From positions 6,363 through 70,362 of the IMG/VR virus record IMGVR_UViG_3300032268_000599: 64,000 nucleotides of DNA, one strand, 5' to 3'. This document shows, in pieces, positions 48,937-58,974 of the stretch. Origin of the DNA: a virus. A program made the translations under genes and the position numbers. Position 1 is the stretch's first letter. Each line of letters starts with the position of its first letter. Under the pieces are notes generated by a model, which was not told the DNA's origin, ran no database searches, and was given only the letters and a program-made list of their open reading frames with translations.

Positions 48937-49838
48937 AAGCCCAGGTTTAAGCCCTTGGCTTCATCGAGTGCGCGTTCGGCGGCAGAGGCCCCGGTGTACC
49001 GGTCGATCATGGCCCTGGAACTCCACCCGGCGATAGCCATTAAACCGCCCTCAGAGCCACCGTGCAGCAGCCAGCGGGTCGCCGCGGTGTGCCGGGTGCG
49101 GTGCGGGTGAAATCCCTTCACACCGGCAGACTCAGCGCGAGCTTTCAGCGTCGATACCAGGGTGTGATATTGCATGGGGGTGCCCCAGGCGGTGATCCAA
49201 AACTTGTCGTTACCGGGCTTTACCGCCCTGCGGCGTGCCCGAATGTAACGGTCTACCGCAATGGCCGTGGCCGCGGAGAACGGCACCATCCGGCCCTTGC
49301 CACCCTTGCCCTTGATGATGATGGCTTTCATGGCAGGCAGGTCGAGGTCGTCTATCCGCATTCCCACCAATTCCGCACTGCGCGTTGCTGTCTCAAACAT
49401 GAACCGCAGGATCGCCTCGTCGCGTATGTCGATGAATTTGGAGGACTTGCTGACCCCGGCACGCTTGCACGCTTTCAGCATGGCGTTGACCTGATCGTCC
49501 GATAGTGACGGCACCACCTTGTCGTTCTTGCGCGGTGGCCCCATCCCCAGGAACGGGTCGGCGGTCGTTTCGCCTTCCTCGCGCAGCCACTTGACGAAGG
49601 ATTTCAGCGCATAGTGGCGCAGCCGTGCGGTATTGGGTTCGGTGCCTGCCGCTAGGGTGTCGGCATGAAACTTCTGGATGCTCAGTTTCAGCAGCGGTTC
49701 GGTGGTGCCGGTGGCCTCGCACCATTGCAGGTAGCAGATCACCGACCGGGTGTAGCTGCCCAGGGTTTGGGGCGACTTGTTCAGCGCCGCCAGGGATATC
49801 CGCCACGATTCGACCAGTTCCAGCAAATCTTTGACCAT
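48933..49838 (-). CDS. int: tyrosine integrase/recombinase
   Basis: RDEAIL..TATRSAEL (R), KGKGGKGR (K), HPHRTRH (HxxR), AGW, DRY (Y). Confidence 0.92.
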   Translation of the reverse strand: MVKDLLELVESWRISLAALNKSPQTLGSYTRSVICYLQWCEATGTTEPLLKLSIQKFHADTLAAGTEPNTARLRHYALKSFVKWLREEGETTADPFLGMGPPRKNDKVVPSLSDDQVNAMLKACKRAGVSKSSKFIDIRDEAILRFMFETATRSAELVGMRIDDLDLPAMKAIIIKGKGGKGRMVPFSAATAIAVDRYIRARRRAVKPGNDKFWITAWGTPMQYHTLVSTLKARAESAGVKGFHPHRTRHTAATRWLLHGGSEGGLMAIAGWSSRAMIDRYTGASAAERALDEAKGLNLGF

Positions 49839-49896
49839 GGTCTTATCTTGACATATAGCTCTGTGCCCGGTGTGCGCGACCCGAAAAAAGAACAAA

Positions 49897-49927
49897 CCCC
49901 CTGGTGCGAGGGGTGACACCAGGGGGC
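49897..49927. terminator. hairpin upstream of integrase (terminator for leftward transcripts)
   Basis: ccccctggtg...caccaggggg, with a U-rich tail on the - strand. Confidence 0.6.
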
Positions 49928-50042
49928 TTGAAACTCTTGAAAACACGTTCTTAAACTTGAGTTAGCTCTGTCCGTTGGGCTGTTTTACCTGCACATACAT
50001 TAGCGTTGTGCGGGGTATTATTCTGAGGTTTGCAACCCGCTA

Positions 50043-50300
50043 TCAATCATGTTCTACCATCTCTGCTTTGGTTTTCGTAACCACCACATCCCAGCCACCG
50101 GGGGATCCAATGACCGCGCTAATCTGCGCTACCACCCCGTCAAGGGCGGCGGCGAGAGATTCCGCCTCGCCTTTGGACTGAAGCATGTAGGAGCAAGCTC
50201 CGGTCGATACGAAGTAGTCTCCCAGCCCCCACATTTCCATCCCGGCCGCTTGGCCGATTGGCCGTGCGGTCTTGAACTGGACTTCCAGTTGCACCATCAT
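50043..50300 (-). CDS. hypothetical protein
   Basis: ATGA-coupled 85-aa ORF. Confidence 0.55.
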   Translation of the reverse strand: MMVQLEVQFKTARPIGQAAGMEMWGLGDYFVSTGACSYMLQSKGEAESLAAALDGVVAQISAVIGSPGGWDVVVTKTKAEMVEHD

Positions 50301-51160
50301 GCGGTGTCCCTTCCCAACGTATAGTCGCTCTCGACCACCCCAGACTCGATGGAGCCGCGGATGTTCCAGCCCCACCAGTATGTGCCGACGTGACGACCCA
50401 TGAGTGGTGCATCAGCCGTGTAGGTCTTGAAGTGGCCCCGCACACGGTGGACTGCCGAAGCCCGGTGGTGCGTGCCCGATCCGGTTCCCACCCGCTCACT
50501 TCCGCCACCCGGCAGGATGATGGTCGAGTAGCGGATTTCCTTGGCCGGGATTCCGCGCCGCTTATCCGTTCCGCTCCGTGCCTGCCTGATTCGGCCCCCA
50601 TCCCACAACTTCACGTTGCGGCAGTTGATGAGGCCCAAGGCCGTCAGACAAGCCCTTGCTAGGGCGGCAACGATTGGCGTGAACTGCTGAATGCTTTCTA
50701 AGCTCCAACCAAGATCGTCAGACCAGTAAACGAAAGCCTCAACGGAATTCTTCCCATTATCCACAGCAGCTTTCCAATTACCATTATCGGTATTCTTGCC
50801 GTAAACTAGGAATCCATTCTCATCAATTTTGTATTCCAACTCAATTACGTCGTTCATTGCCCCATCGTTGTCAAAAAGAAAATATGCCTTCATGTAGATG
50901 GAGCGATGGTCGTCGCTTTCTGTGATGAGAAATCCAACCTTGCTGGGGAAGTCCCCATCACCCTTCTTTACCAGCATGGGTTCTCGATATTCCATGAATA
51001 CCGTTGGATACGGCAATCTAACCGGTCCGACCTTACTGAAGTCGATGCCAATGTTTCTTGGCATCAAATCCCGCGCAACCTGGATATCGAACAGTACGGT
51101 GTCGTCGGGAATCATCTTGTTCTTGAGTGCCGCTTTTGCGAGCGGCATCCTATCGCTCAT
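50297..51160 (-). CDS. conserved phage hypothetical protein
   Basis: LPYPTVFMEY N-terminus; C-terminal HRVRGHFKTY...GTYWW. Confidence 0.7.
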   Translation of the reverse strand: MSDRMPLAKAALKNKMIPDDTVLFDIQVARDLMPRNIGIDFSKVGPVRLPYPTVFMEYREPMLVKKGDGDFPSKVGFLITESDDHRSIYMKAYFLFDNDGAMNDVIELEYKIDENGFLVYGKNTDNGNWKAAVDNGKNSVEAFVYWSDDLGWSLESIQQFTPIVAALARACLTALGLINCRNVKLWDGGRIRQARSGTDKRRGIPAKEIRYSTIILPGGGSERVGTGSGTHHRASAVHRVRGHFKTYTADAPLMGRHVGTYWWGWNIRGSIESGVVESDYTLGRDTA

Positions 51161-51162
51161 AG

Positions 51163-51794
51163 TTATCTGTTTACTCCGTAGTTGTATCCCTTGGCCCACT
51201 GCTTTTGGTGCATCCGGCAAATCGGAGTTCCACCCTCTTTGCCAACACCATTGTCATCGACTTCCAGCTTGGCCCGGTTGCCGCAGCCAATCATGGAGTC
51301 GCCCCACCCCGCTACCTCGCACTGGCGGCGCGTCTTGGCCTGACAGAAATTGTCATACCGAATCCTTGGGGTTCTAGCCATCACTCCACCGGCCCATCAA
51401 TCGGGGGCAGTGGCTTTAGGCCCTTGTATACGAAATCCCAAATACCCTCAGCCGTCCCGCACCTGGAACAGATATTGGTCTTGTTATCCACGCGGGACAA
51501 TGCCGGGTATTCCGTGTAATCCTTCTTGCATCGGGGGCAGTTGCCCCCCATCTTGTATTCGCTCATTTTCTACCTTCCTCACAGATACATCTTGTTGATC
51601 CCGTTGCCGGGGGTTACTGAATATCCTGACGGGTGCATCAGATACGAAACCGATCCAACACCACCGAACTGCCACTTGTCCGACAAAAACGACTCAGCGG
51701 TATCGCCCTTGGCGAGAGTGATGACCGCTTCGCGGTAACCATCACCGATATCTACCGCGGCCTGCTCAATTGCGTTCGCATCGTAGTGAACCAT
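51163..51794 (-). CDS. three small ORFs (51163-51381, 51381-51566, 51579-51794)
   Basis: Cys motifs, e.g. CPRC..YPALSRVDNKTNICSRCG; RBS-led starts. Confidence 0.6.
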
Positions 51795-51798
51795 CGTC

Positions 51799-52416
51799 TT
51801 ATATCCTTTCGATCTGATGGAACCCAAGTTCCACCGGGGTATCCCGACCGAATATTGAAACCAGAACGTGAAGCTTCCTGCGTTCAACATCGACCTCGCT
51901 AACGGAGGCGTGGTAGCCGGTGAACGGGCCGTCCATAACGGTAACCGCATCCCCGATTGTGAAGTCGCAAACGATTACGTCCGCTATCGGGAGGTCTGCT
52001 ACGCCAGCCGGTTTCCCGACCTCTTTTGCGGCGGGGGGGAGTAGGAACTTGACTACATCGCCAATGGGAAGCGGGGTCGGGAGGGTGGTGGCCCCCACGA
52101 ACCCGCTGATGCCCGGTGTGTTCTTAACCGCCGCCCAGGACTCATCGGTCAGTTCCATACGGATCAATACATAACCTGGCATGACGGTCTTTTTGGCCAC
52201 CTTTCGTTGGCCATTCTTGAGCGTCACAACCTGTTGGGTTGGAGCTTCCGCCTGAAATATTAGGTGGTCAATCCCCAGGTTTTGGACTCGTTGCATGAGG
52301 TTGGTCTTAGCCAGATTTTCTGCACCAACCTTGGCGCGAGCCACATACCACTCGCCGGGAAGGGCCTGAAGATCGGCCCGTAAAGATTCCGCTGTATCAG
52401 TTGTTTCTGTGGTCAT
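51799..52416 (-). CDS. nusG: transcription elongation factor NusG
   Basis: [39 protein letters not shown] domain [25 protein letters not shown]. Confidence 0.95.
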   Translation of the reverse strand: MTTETTDTAESLRADLQALPGEWYVARAKVGAENLAKTNLMQRVQNLGIDHLIFQAEAPTQQVVTLKNGQRKVAKKTVMPGYVLIRMELTDESWAAVKNTPGISGFVGATTLPTPLPIGDVVKFLLPPAAKEVGKPAGVADLPIADVIVCDFTIGDAVTVMDGPFTGYHASVSEVDVERRKLHVLVSIFGRDTPVELGFHQIERI

Positions 52417-52549
52417 TATCCCTATCTACCATCAAGGCGAAAGCCGCCTCTGCCATTTCCTTGCTGAAGAACTGCCCTACATGCTTGCCGTCAACCTCAA
52501 GGAACCAATTGTCGCTACTCGTGAGCTTGTAGATACTTTTGTGCATCAT
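52397..52549 (-). CDS. small hypothetical protein
   Basis: 50-aa ORF with RBS, overlapping the nusG start. Confidence 0.45.
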   Translation of the reverse strand: MMHKSIYKLTSSDNWFLEVDGKHVGQFFSKEMAEAAFALMVDRDNDHRNN

Positions 52550-52601
52550 ATCTCTTACCTATCCTTAATTTGTGTTGGGTTTTACTGCTAATAAAATGGT
52601 C

Positions 52602-52710
52602 GGGATGGGGGCGCAGCGATGACCTCGCCCAGAGGTTTGAATGGTGGGGTCATGGGCCATGCTTTGCGCGGAAAAAGGAGACAAGTAACGCGCTTTCACA
52701 CCCCCATCCC
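52602..52710 (-). ncRNA. multibranch structured element upstream of the nusG unit
   Basis: gggatggggg/cccccatccc closing stem with inner hairpins. Confidence 0.4.
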
Positions 52711-52719
52711 TGTGGTTAA

Positions 52720-53025
52720 CTAAGTATTCTTTTCTGCCTTGCGGCGCATCCTCTGACGCATGTTCAGTTCCTTACGGTTGGCCTTGCGCCATGCGGCGGC
52801 GTAGTCGTACTTCTCGCGGCAAGCTTCCAGGCACTTGGCGCACCGGCACGCATAGTTGCTGTAACCGTTCCAGGTGCCGTGGACGTGTTCAGGGGTCGGC
52901 CCCTTCTGCCGCCGCTCCCTGGGTGTCTTTCCCAGCTTCCGGTACGCCGCTACGCACCCCTCGCACCGGCATTTGTGGTGAACGTACCCCTCAGGCCCAA
53001 CCGGGGGACCGGCAATGTGTTCCAC
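52720..53025 (-). CDS. protein with two CRCxxC Zn-finger-like repeats (paralogue of 29744-30058)
   Basis: GYVHHKCRCEGC; HGTWNGYSNYACRCAKC. Confidence 0.7.
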   Translation of the reverse strand: MEHIAGPPVGPEGYVHHKCRCEGCVAAYRKLGKTPRERRQKGPTPEHVHGTWNGYSNYACRCAKCLEACREKYDYAAAWRKANRKELNMRQRMRRKAEKNT

Positions 53026-56000
53026 TTACAACTCCCCTTCAAGAAGTGCATCGGCCTTTTCAAGCTCTACCATGCGGTCCTCGATCTGCCTGACGCGTTT
53101 GGTTATACGGATTAGCTCGACTTGGAGTTCCATCCGCTCTAACCGGACGGCCCTGACGAGTTCGGCCTTGCTGTACTTCACCATGGAATATTACCGTAGC
53201 GGATGTTGCGGTCGTCCTCAGCCCACTGGTCGTGATACCACCCAATTGGGTCGTGGTGTGAGTGCCAACCGGGGTGACCAATCTCCAACCGGCAGTGCAA
53301 CGCACCATCCGGTGATTCATTCCCGCAGATTATGTGGGAGGGCGCACTATCGGCCTGGTCGTACTTGGCCCACAACTCCCGCAGCCGCTTGTTGCCGCGA
53401 TAGGGCCTGCCCCCAGGCCGTAGACCCTTGAAGAGGGCGTAGGAAAACATCACTGCCGCCAGCAGGAGGTAGGAGTTAGGCAACTTCTTCCTCGCCCTCG
53501 TCGTAGTCGTCGGCAGCGGTTTCCGTATTGACAATCACACCCTTGACCGTATTGACGGTTACCACCTTGCCGGTTTCACAATCCTCGACACCCCAGGCCC
53601 ATCGGCTGTGATCGTCGGCCATCTGACGGGCGATGCGAGCGGCCTCTACCGGTCCGTCAACGTCGAGGACGAAAACTCCCCACGTTGCTACATAGGAACC
53701 CACCTAGACCGCACCCTTGTCGGCATCTGCGATAGCGGAGAAAACTGACTCCCAATAGTATTCGATGCTCTCTACTGCCTTGATGAACTTCTTCTCCTGC
53801 CCGGACTTGATTGCCTGTAGGCGGCGCAGCCTCTTGAGGTCGGGGTCGATGCCGCTGGCTAGGATTGCTGCTTTGTTACGTTCCAACTTGTTTTCCTTCA
53901 TCTTGATAGTGCAATATTACATTCTGCTGCCGGGGTTGTCAAACAACCGGGGGCTTGTAGTTAGCAATCCTGGCTAGAGTCTCCCCGGCGACACGCTGCC
54001 TTTCGCGCACCCTTGTCGCGTCGGCATAGGCCGCATCCGCCTCAGAGCGAAACTCGTCCGTGTCAAACGCCCAGTCCTGAATGGCGATTTCATTGGCGAC
54101 GAAGTGGATTGCCATGGCAATTCCGGCTCGTTCCTCGTCGGTGTTGACTGCTGCGGCGGCGCGGCCAAGCGCCATGGCTACGCGGCGACTGCTGATTTTG
54201 TGCAGTATGGCCTCAGCCTTCACTTCGGGTCTGCCTTGTAAACATTGAAGTGCCCCCTCGCCGGGACGATGGCAACCTTGTGGCCCTTGTTACCGGCCTC
54301 ATGCCACTTGATGGCCTGCTGAACCAGTTGGTTCGGGATGCCATGCGGGTCGTCAATGACCCCGGTGGTGTAGTCACCGCGGTTGCAGTGCAACACCATC
54401 TTCTCGGTCACTCCACCCACACTTTGATTTGCTCAGGATCGAGCTTGGTGATGAATTGCAGTTCTGCCGCGAAGTCGGCAGCAACCTTTTCGGCATCCCC
54501 CGTAGCGCACCGCGTTATTACCAGTGCGATGTCGCACTGAGGGTGATCGTCGCTGTCGATGCTGTACCAGATTGTTGATTTGTTCATTTGTATCCCTTCA
54601 CTTGTAGGTAACTTCCTTGCCTCAGCCTCACATGGCCTCCTCAATCACGCTGACCATTTGGCCGCACAGTTCAGCGATCACACCGTTGTAGCTCGCGGTT
54701 GCCTCGACCCGCTGCACGTCGCTCAACGCGTGGCAGGCGGGGTTGTCACACTCCATAGCCCTTTCAAAGCCATGCCTTACATGCCAGTAAGCGGAGATGA
54801 GGAACTCAAGTTCCTCATGGGCCTCGTAAACTACGTCATTTAATATCCCAAATCTCCCAATCTTCTACGGTTTCATCATTAAATTCTGTGGAAACCAGTC
54901 TGTGTTCGTCGCTACCCATCAAAAACCAGTCCTCAAGGATCTGGTCGCTGTCCTCTGGCTTGTAGTCGTCATCAACCTCGATTTCGTAGGTTGAATACAT
55001 GACAGTCCGGAGGGTCACGGTTAATTTCTTCATCCAATTCCCAATCTCATTGCATCGGCAAACAGCCCCGATATTCCAAGGTCGCTCCCCGAGTCTTTCC
55101 ACGGACCCAGTGTTGGGGGAGCGGATTCATGCCGGTGAATTTCGGCCATGAACACATTCACTGAATCCCTGGTGACGTGGGATAGCATGAGAACTTCCTT
55201 GCGGTCGGGCTGCTCCCTGACCGGCAAATCCAACCCAAGGGGATGGTCAGGCCCACGTTCCACATACCAGGACGACGCAACTAGAACCGCTTCGTCGGCA
55301 TGAACCTTTCTGAGCAGATTTGCGATACCTTCACAAATCTGCTCTTTGTCATCGTCAAACTTCAACATGCAGGGAATTGTCAAGCCCTTTGACTGGATCA
55401 TCAGTACCGGGAACCAGTCATCATCAGGGTTCTTGAATCCCCGCTGAATTTCCTCAGCGCCGTCCTTCATAACGGCCACAATGTCAACTTTCTTCATTTA
55501 ATCCTTTCCCAAGTCAAATGGATCGAACTCATCCATGTCAAAATGCGGCTCCCGCCGCCGCTTAACCCTCGCAAGGGCATCTGAAGCCAACTGGCGATGC
55601 TTTCGGGCGATATCCAGATGCCGTTCGGCAGCCGCCAGGTCTGCCCGATCCTCGTCGGACAGAATGCCTTTCTTAGTCTCCATATCTACCTTTCTTCTTG
55701 TTATGAACAACTTTCACCCGCTCGGGGTAAAAAGACCTGAGTAGGTGCTTACTTGTGCCCCCGCCAACAAAATTGAGGACAACCTTGCCCTCGCTGGTCT
55801 TGGAGTGGCCCAGGTACTTGAACTTGCCGCGCTCTCCGGTGATTGACACTTCGGAGTCGATTTTGAGCCAGCGACCGTTGATCTGGACTTCGCCATTGGC
55901 GTTAACTACTACACTCATCACTCTCCTTCTGATGGATCACAAACCTCGCAGTATTCGCTGATACCTACCTGTGCGTCATTTCCGCACCACATACATTCGG

Positions 56001-57821
56001 GCTTCACGCTGCGGTCTTTAACTTGACCTCGCCTTCGGTTTCAATCCACACCTTGGCCCCGCATGAAAGCGGGTTGTCGGGGCGGTACACGATCTTTGCA
56101 ACGACATTGCCGTCAACAACAATTTCTGCCTCAGACGCATAATCATTGGACTTGTACGTCTTGACAGTCAAAACATCCTGTTCACCGGCACGAATCTTGT
56201 GCTGGTTAACATGAACAATGGTTTTCAAGCCATTCCTTTCACAGTATTGATATCCTCTTAATGTTTCCGGTTTTCACAACCATCGGAACGCAATAGTCTT
56301 GATCTTTCTCAGACCAAACCATCAGATTGGTTACATCGTCGCTACCGGCACCGTCCCACCGGGCTATAAGAATTGTTCTACTCGTTCCAAAATCTGACGC
56401 TACCCAGATACGAGCGCACCATCCGGTGATAATTGAGTGCAGGGTGTCGTAGCTGCAATCTTTTCCCCATTCAATGTTGGGGATGCTTTCGTAGTCTTCC
56501 ACTTCTAGTAGCCGACCTCACTGAGTAATGCTTCCGCTTTACCCATCATGTAAAGCAATGCCTGGTATTCATCCGTACTGTTTCCGCATCATGCGCTGCA
56601 ATCACTTCGCATCGGTGATGGTGTAGTGTTGTTTTATTTCGTCTTCGCATTCACCATCGCAGTATGCGCTTTCAAACACGTTTACGATTTCTTCGTTAAC
56701 ATCGACGCAGGCATCGAAGTAAACTTTGGTGCTTCCGCACCAGTCACACGTTGCAATTTTGGTCAAACCACTATCTCCATGCCTTCCGGATCAGTCGCCC
56801 GGTCGTCATCCCACTCTGCTTTCCACGTCCACATATCGACACCAGCACGGTGCAAACCCTTGTGGTCTATTTGGCGGGTGCAAATCCAGCGGCCACATGG
56901 CGACTCTGAATCGCAGTCGCCCCATTTCCAGTCGATTGGCGGGAGATGCTGCTCGCCGGATTTATCTTGTTTAACTTCGGTGTTATACATCGGTGCGGTA
57001 AATCATCGGTTCGACATAAGCCCGAACATGATCGCTGTCGCCTGGAAGAAAACAGGAGACAAGCTCGACAAGGGCACGGTTGTACTCCGGATTGGAGTTG
57101 TCCGGTGCCGCCAGCATTTGAGCTTCTTTAATCAGGTCTTTTATCAGTGGCATACTTTCCTCTCTTTCTCGTAAAGCCTTGATGGGCTTTGGGAGATTCA
57201 ACGGGCGCATGGGCTTGGGGTTCCCGCCCCCAGCTAGTGGTTTCCCAAATCTGGTTTCCTACTGGCCAGCTTCTGCGGGGATTCCCGCTGAATCTTCCGA
57301 AACCCATCAGGTTTCGGCTCGCTCTCCACAAGTGTTAAAACATAGAATCGTCAATGGCCTCGTCAATTAACGCTTTACGAGCCATTTGACGGGCGTACTT
57401 GTCCTGATGAAGCCTGTTCATCAGCGACATGGTTGCACCGACCAATTCGTCGGAGTTCTTCCGCGAAAGGCGTTCGGAGCGAAGCTTTCCGATGGCCCGT
57501 TCGCACCGGTACATCAGGTCGTCAAGCTCGTCGTCAGTTAATCTCATTGCACCGGTCAATCATGGTTCTATCAACGGACGCGTCAGGCGATCCTTCGGGG
57601 GTCAACTCGTCAATAATGCTAGACGAGAAACGAACACCGGCCAGAAGCTCACTGAGCATTGGTTCACGGCCAATCGACAGACGAAACTGCTCCCGAATTT
57701 CTTCGATAGCGAGATCCATAGTGTCGGCGGGACCGTCACCCCACAGGTGTTCGGTGTCCTCAAATTCAGGCGACAACCCGGTAATCGAAGCCGTTACCGG
57801 GTGTGCTTTCCACCATCCCAT
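53026..57821 (-). CDS. array of about 20 small hypothetical genes (e.g. 53026-53184, 53178-53450, 53476-53703, 53704-53901, 53939-54223, 54220-54420, 54408-54587, 54836-55033, 55030-55497, 55498-55683, 55673-55921, 56004-56228, 56239-56502, 56602-56766, 56763-56990, 56983-57153, 57335-57559, 57534-57821)
   Basis: Co-oriented, abutting or overlapping ORFs typical of a phage early arm; no recognisable catalytic motifs. Confidence 0.6.
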
Positions 57822-57842
57822 TTTCTCTCCTTCTCTTCTTTT

Positions 57843-58268
57843 CTACAGCCCTATGCTGTCGAAAAAGTCGTCATCGCAACCCGAAAGGGCTTTCCGCAGT
57901 TCTTCCGAATGGAAGTTTTCCAAATCGTCCTGCCGGGGCACAAAGAATGTGCCGTGACCATCCTGGCAGCGAACGCCTGCGTGCGAGCCGTAGCGCATGT
58001 GACACTTCTTGCAAATCACGTCATGGTGGACAAGATTGCTCAAGTCACCAGTAGCCAAAATTGCAATGTCCTTCGGCTCATAAAAACGGCTGTCCCGCTT
58101 GCCCGAAGGAAGGATGAAGCAAATCTTGGGACCGCAATCGGGAAGAACCCTGTCGCAGACCAGGGCACCCAATGCCTCACCAGCCACACACATATTGCTA
58201 CGCGTGGCCTGGTTACCCCAGATGAATACATCACCGGGCTTAAGCTCAGAAATCAGTTTTGCGCGCAT
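57843..58268 (-). CDS. hypothetical protein
   Basis: GGGAGG RBS; CKKC..H..C motif. Confidence 0.6.
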   Translation of the reverse strand: MRAKLISELKPGDVFIWGNQATRSNMCVAGEALGALVCDRVLPDCGPKICFILPSGKRDSRFYEPKDIAILATGDLSNLVHHDVICKKCHMRYGSHAGVRCQDGHGTFFVPRQDDLENFHSEELRKALSGCDDDFFDSIGL

Positions 58269-58434
58269 TTCAATCCTCCCTTTTCTCGTTTTTCCGGTCA
58301 GCCGGTCAGTTGACCGGCCTTCCCTCTTTTCTCGTGAAATCGAAAGCAGGGAGTATTCCGGGCACAAGCCAGAGTTTGGTTACTCTGCCCCTTTTAACCA
58401 TGCTTCCATCCAGTGCATGGCACTTTCGACTTCG

Positions 58435-58513
58435 TGGAGCCGTGGGGAATCGAACCCCAGTCCAAACCATTCCGACTTGCGGGTTTAAGGTTTGTCGATA
58501 CCATTCCGGCCCC
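58435..58513 (-). ncRNA. tmRNA tRNA-like domain only (mini-tmRNA, Ala identity, no tag ORF)
   Basis: GGGGCCG GAAUGGUAUCGAC AAACC-20nt-GGUUU GGAC UGGGG UUCGAUU CCCCA CGGCUCC A; G3-U70 pair. Confidence 0.8.
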
Positions 58514-58538
58514 TCGACTTTAGGACAATTTGCCCTCG

Positions 58539-58582
58539 CGACTCGCGCCAGAATCGAACTAGCGATATCACCATGCGAGCCG
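58539..58582 (-). ncRNA. 44-nt tRNA-elbow-like element
   Basis: CGGCUCGC AUGGUGAUAUC GCUAG UUCGAUU CUGGC GCGAGUCG. Confidence 0.55.
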
Positions 58583-58627
58583 ACCCGCAGAACGCGGGTA
58601 ATAGCTGTCTCCCTTACCTGGGGAGAC

Positions 58628-58696
58628 TTAGCTAGAGAGTGCCAAGCCTAAAACTAGCGCAAGGCCAAACATTAACATCCAAGCAACTGTCTCCAC
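58628..58696 (-). CDS. 22-aa hydrophobic peptide
   Basis: AAGAGG RBS, GTG start; METVAWMLMFGLALVLGLALSS. Confidence 0.5.
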   Translation of the reverse strand: METVAWMLMFGLALVLGLALSS

Positions 58697-58794
58697 TTGT
58701 CGTACCTCTTTCTTTTTAGTGCTGACGCACTAGGACCGCCACGGGGGGAAACAGGAGGAGGGAAAACCCCCATGGCGGTCCTGCTACGCCAGAT

Positions 58795-58974
58795 CTACAG
58801 AGCTTTGGCGAATTCCTTATCTGCGGCATAAACCACTTCGATAAAACCCTGAGCCGAGAGTGACTCAAGGTACTCATCTTTGTGATGACCGCAGAACGCC
58901 AACTCACTGTCGGATTCTGACTTGGTAAACCGGGCAAGCGCCCTAGCATTGCACCGGTCACAAAGAATGACCAT
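58795..58974 (-). CDS. small Zn-binding protein
   Basis: AAGGAG RBS; CDRC...LAFCGHH. Confidence 0.7.
   Translation of the reverse strand: MVILCDRCNARALARFTKSESDSELAFCGHHKDEYLESLSAQGFIEVVYAADKEFAKAL

Noticed and set aside
49840-50040. attP next to integrase
   Set aside because: Plausible position, but no tRNA-like core or clear arm-type repeats could be identified by eye
58435-58470. tmRNA 3' end as an attP core for the integrase
   Set aside because: attP cores carry only the 3' fragment; here the matching 5' acceptor strand and D loop are present too, and the site is about 8.5 kb from int
58435-58513. Ordinary tRNA-Ala
   Set aside because: No D stem and no 5-bp/7-nt anticodon arm with an NGC anticodon; the UCGAC and GGAC junctions are tmRNA-type
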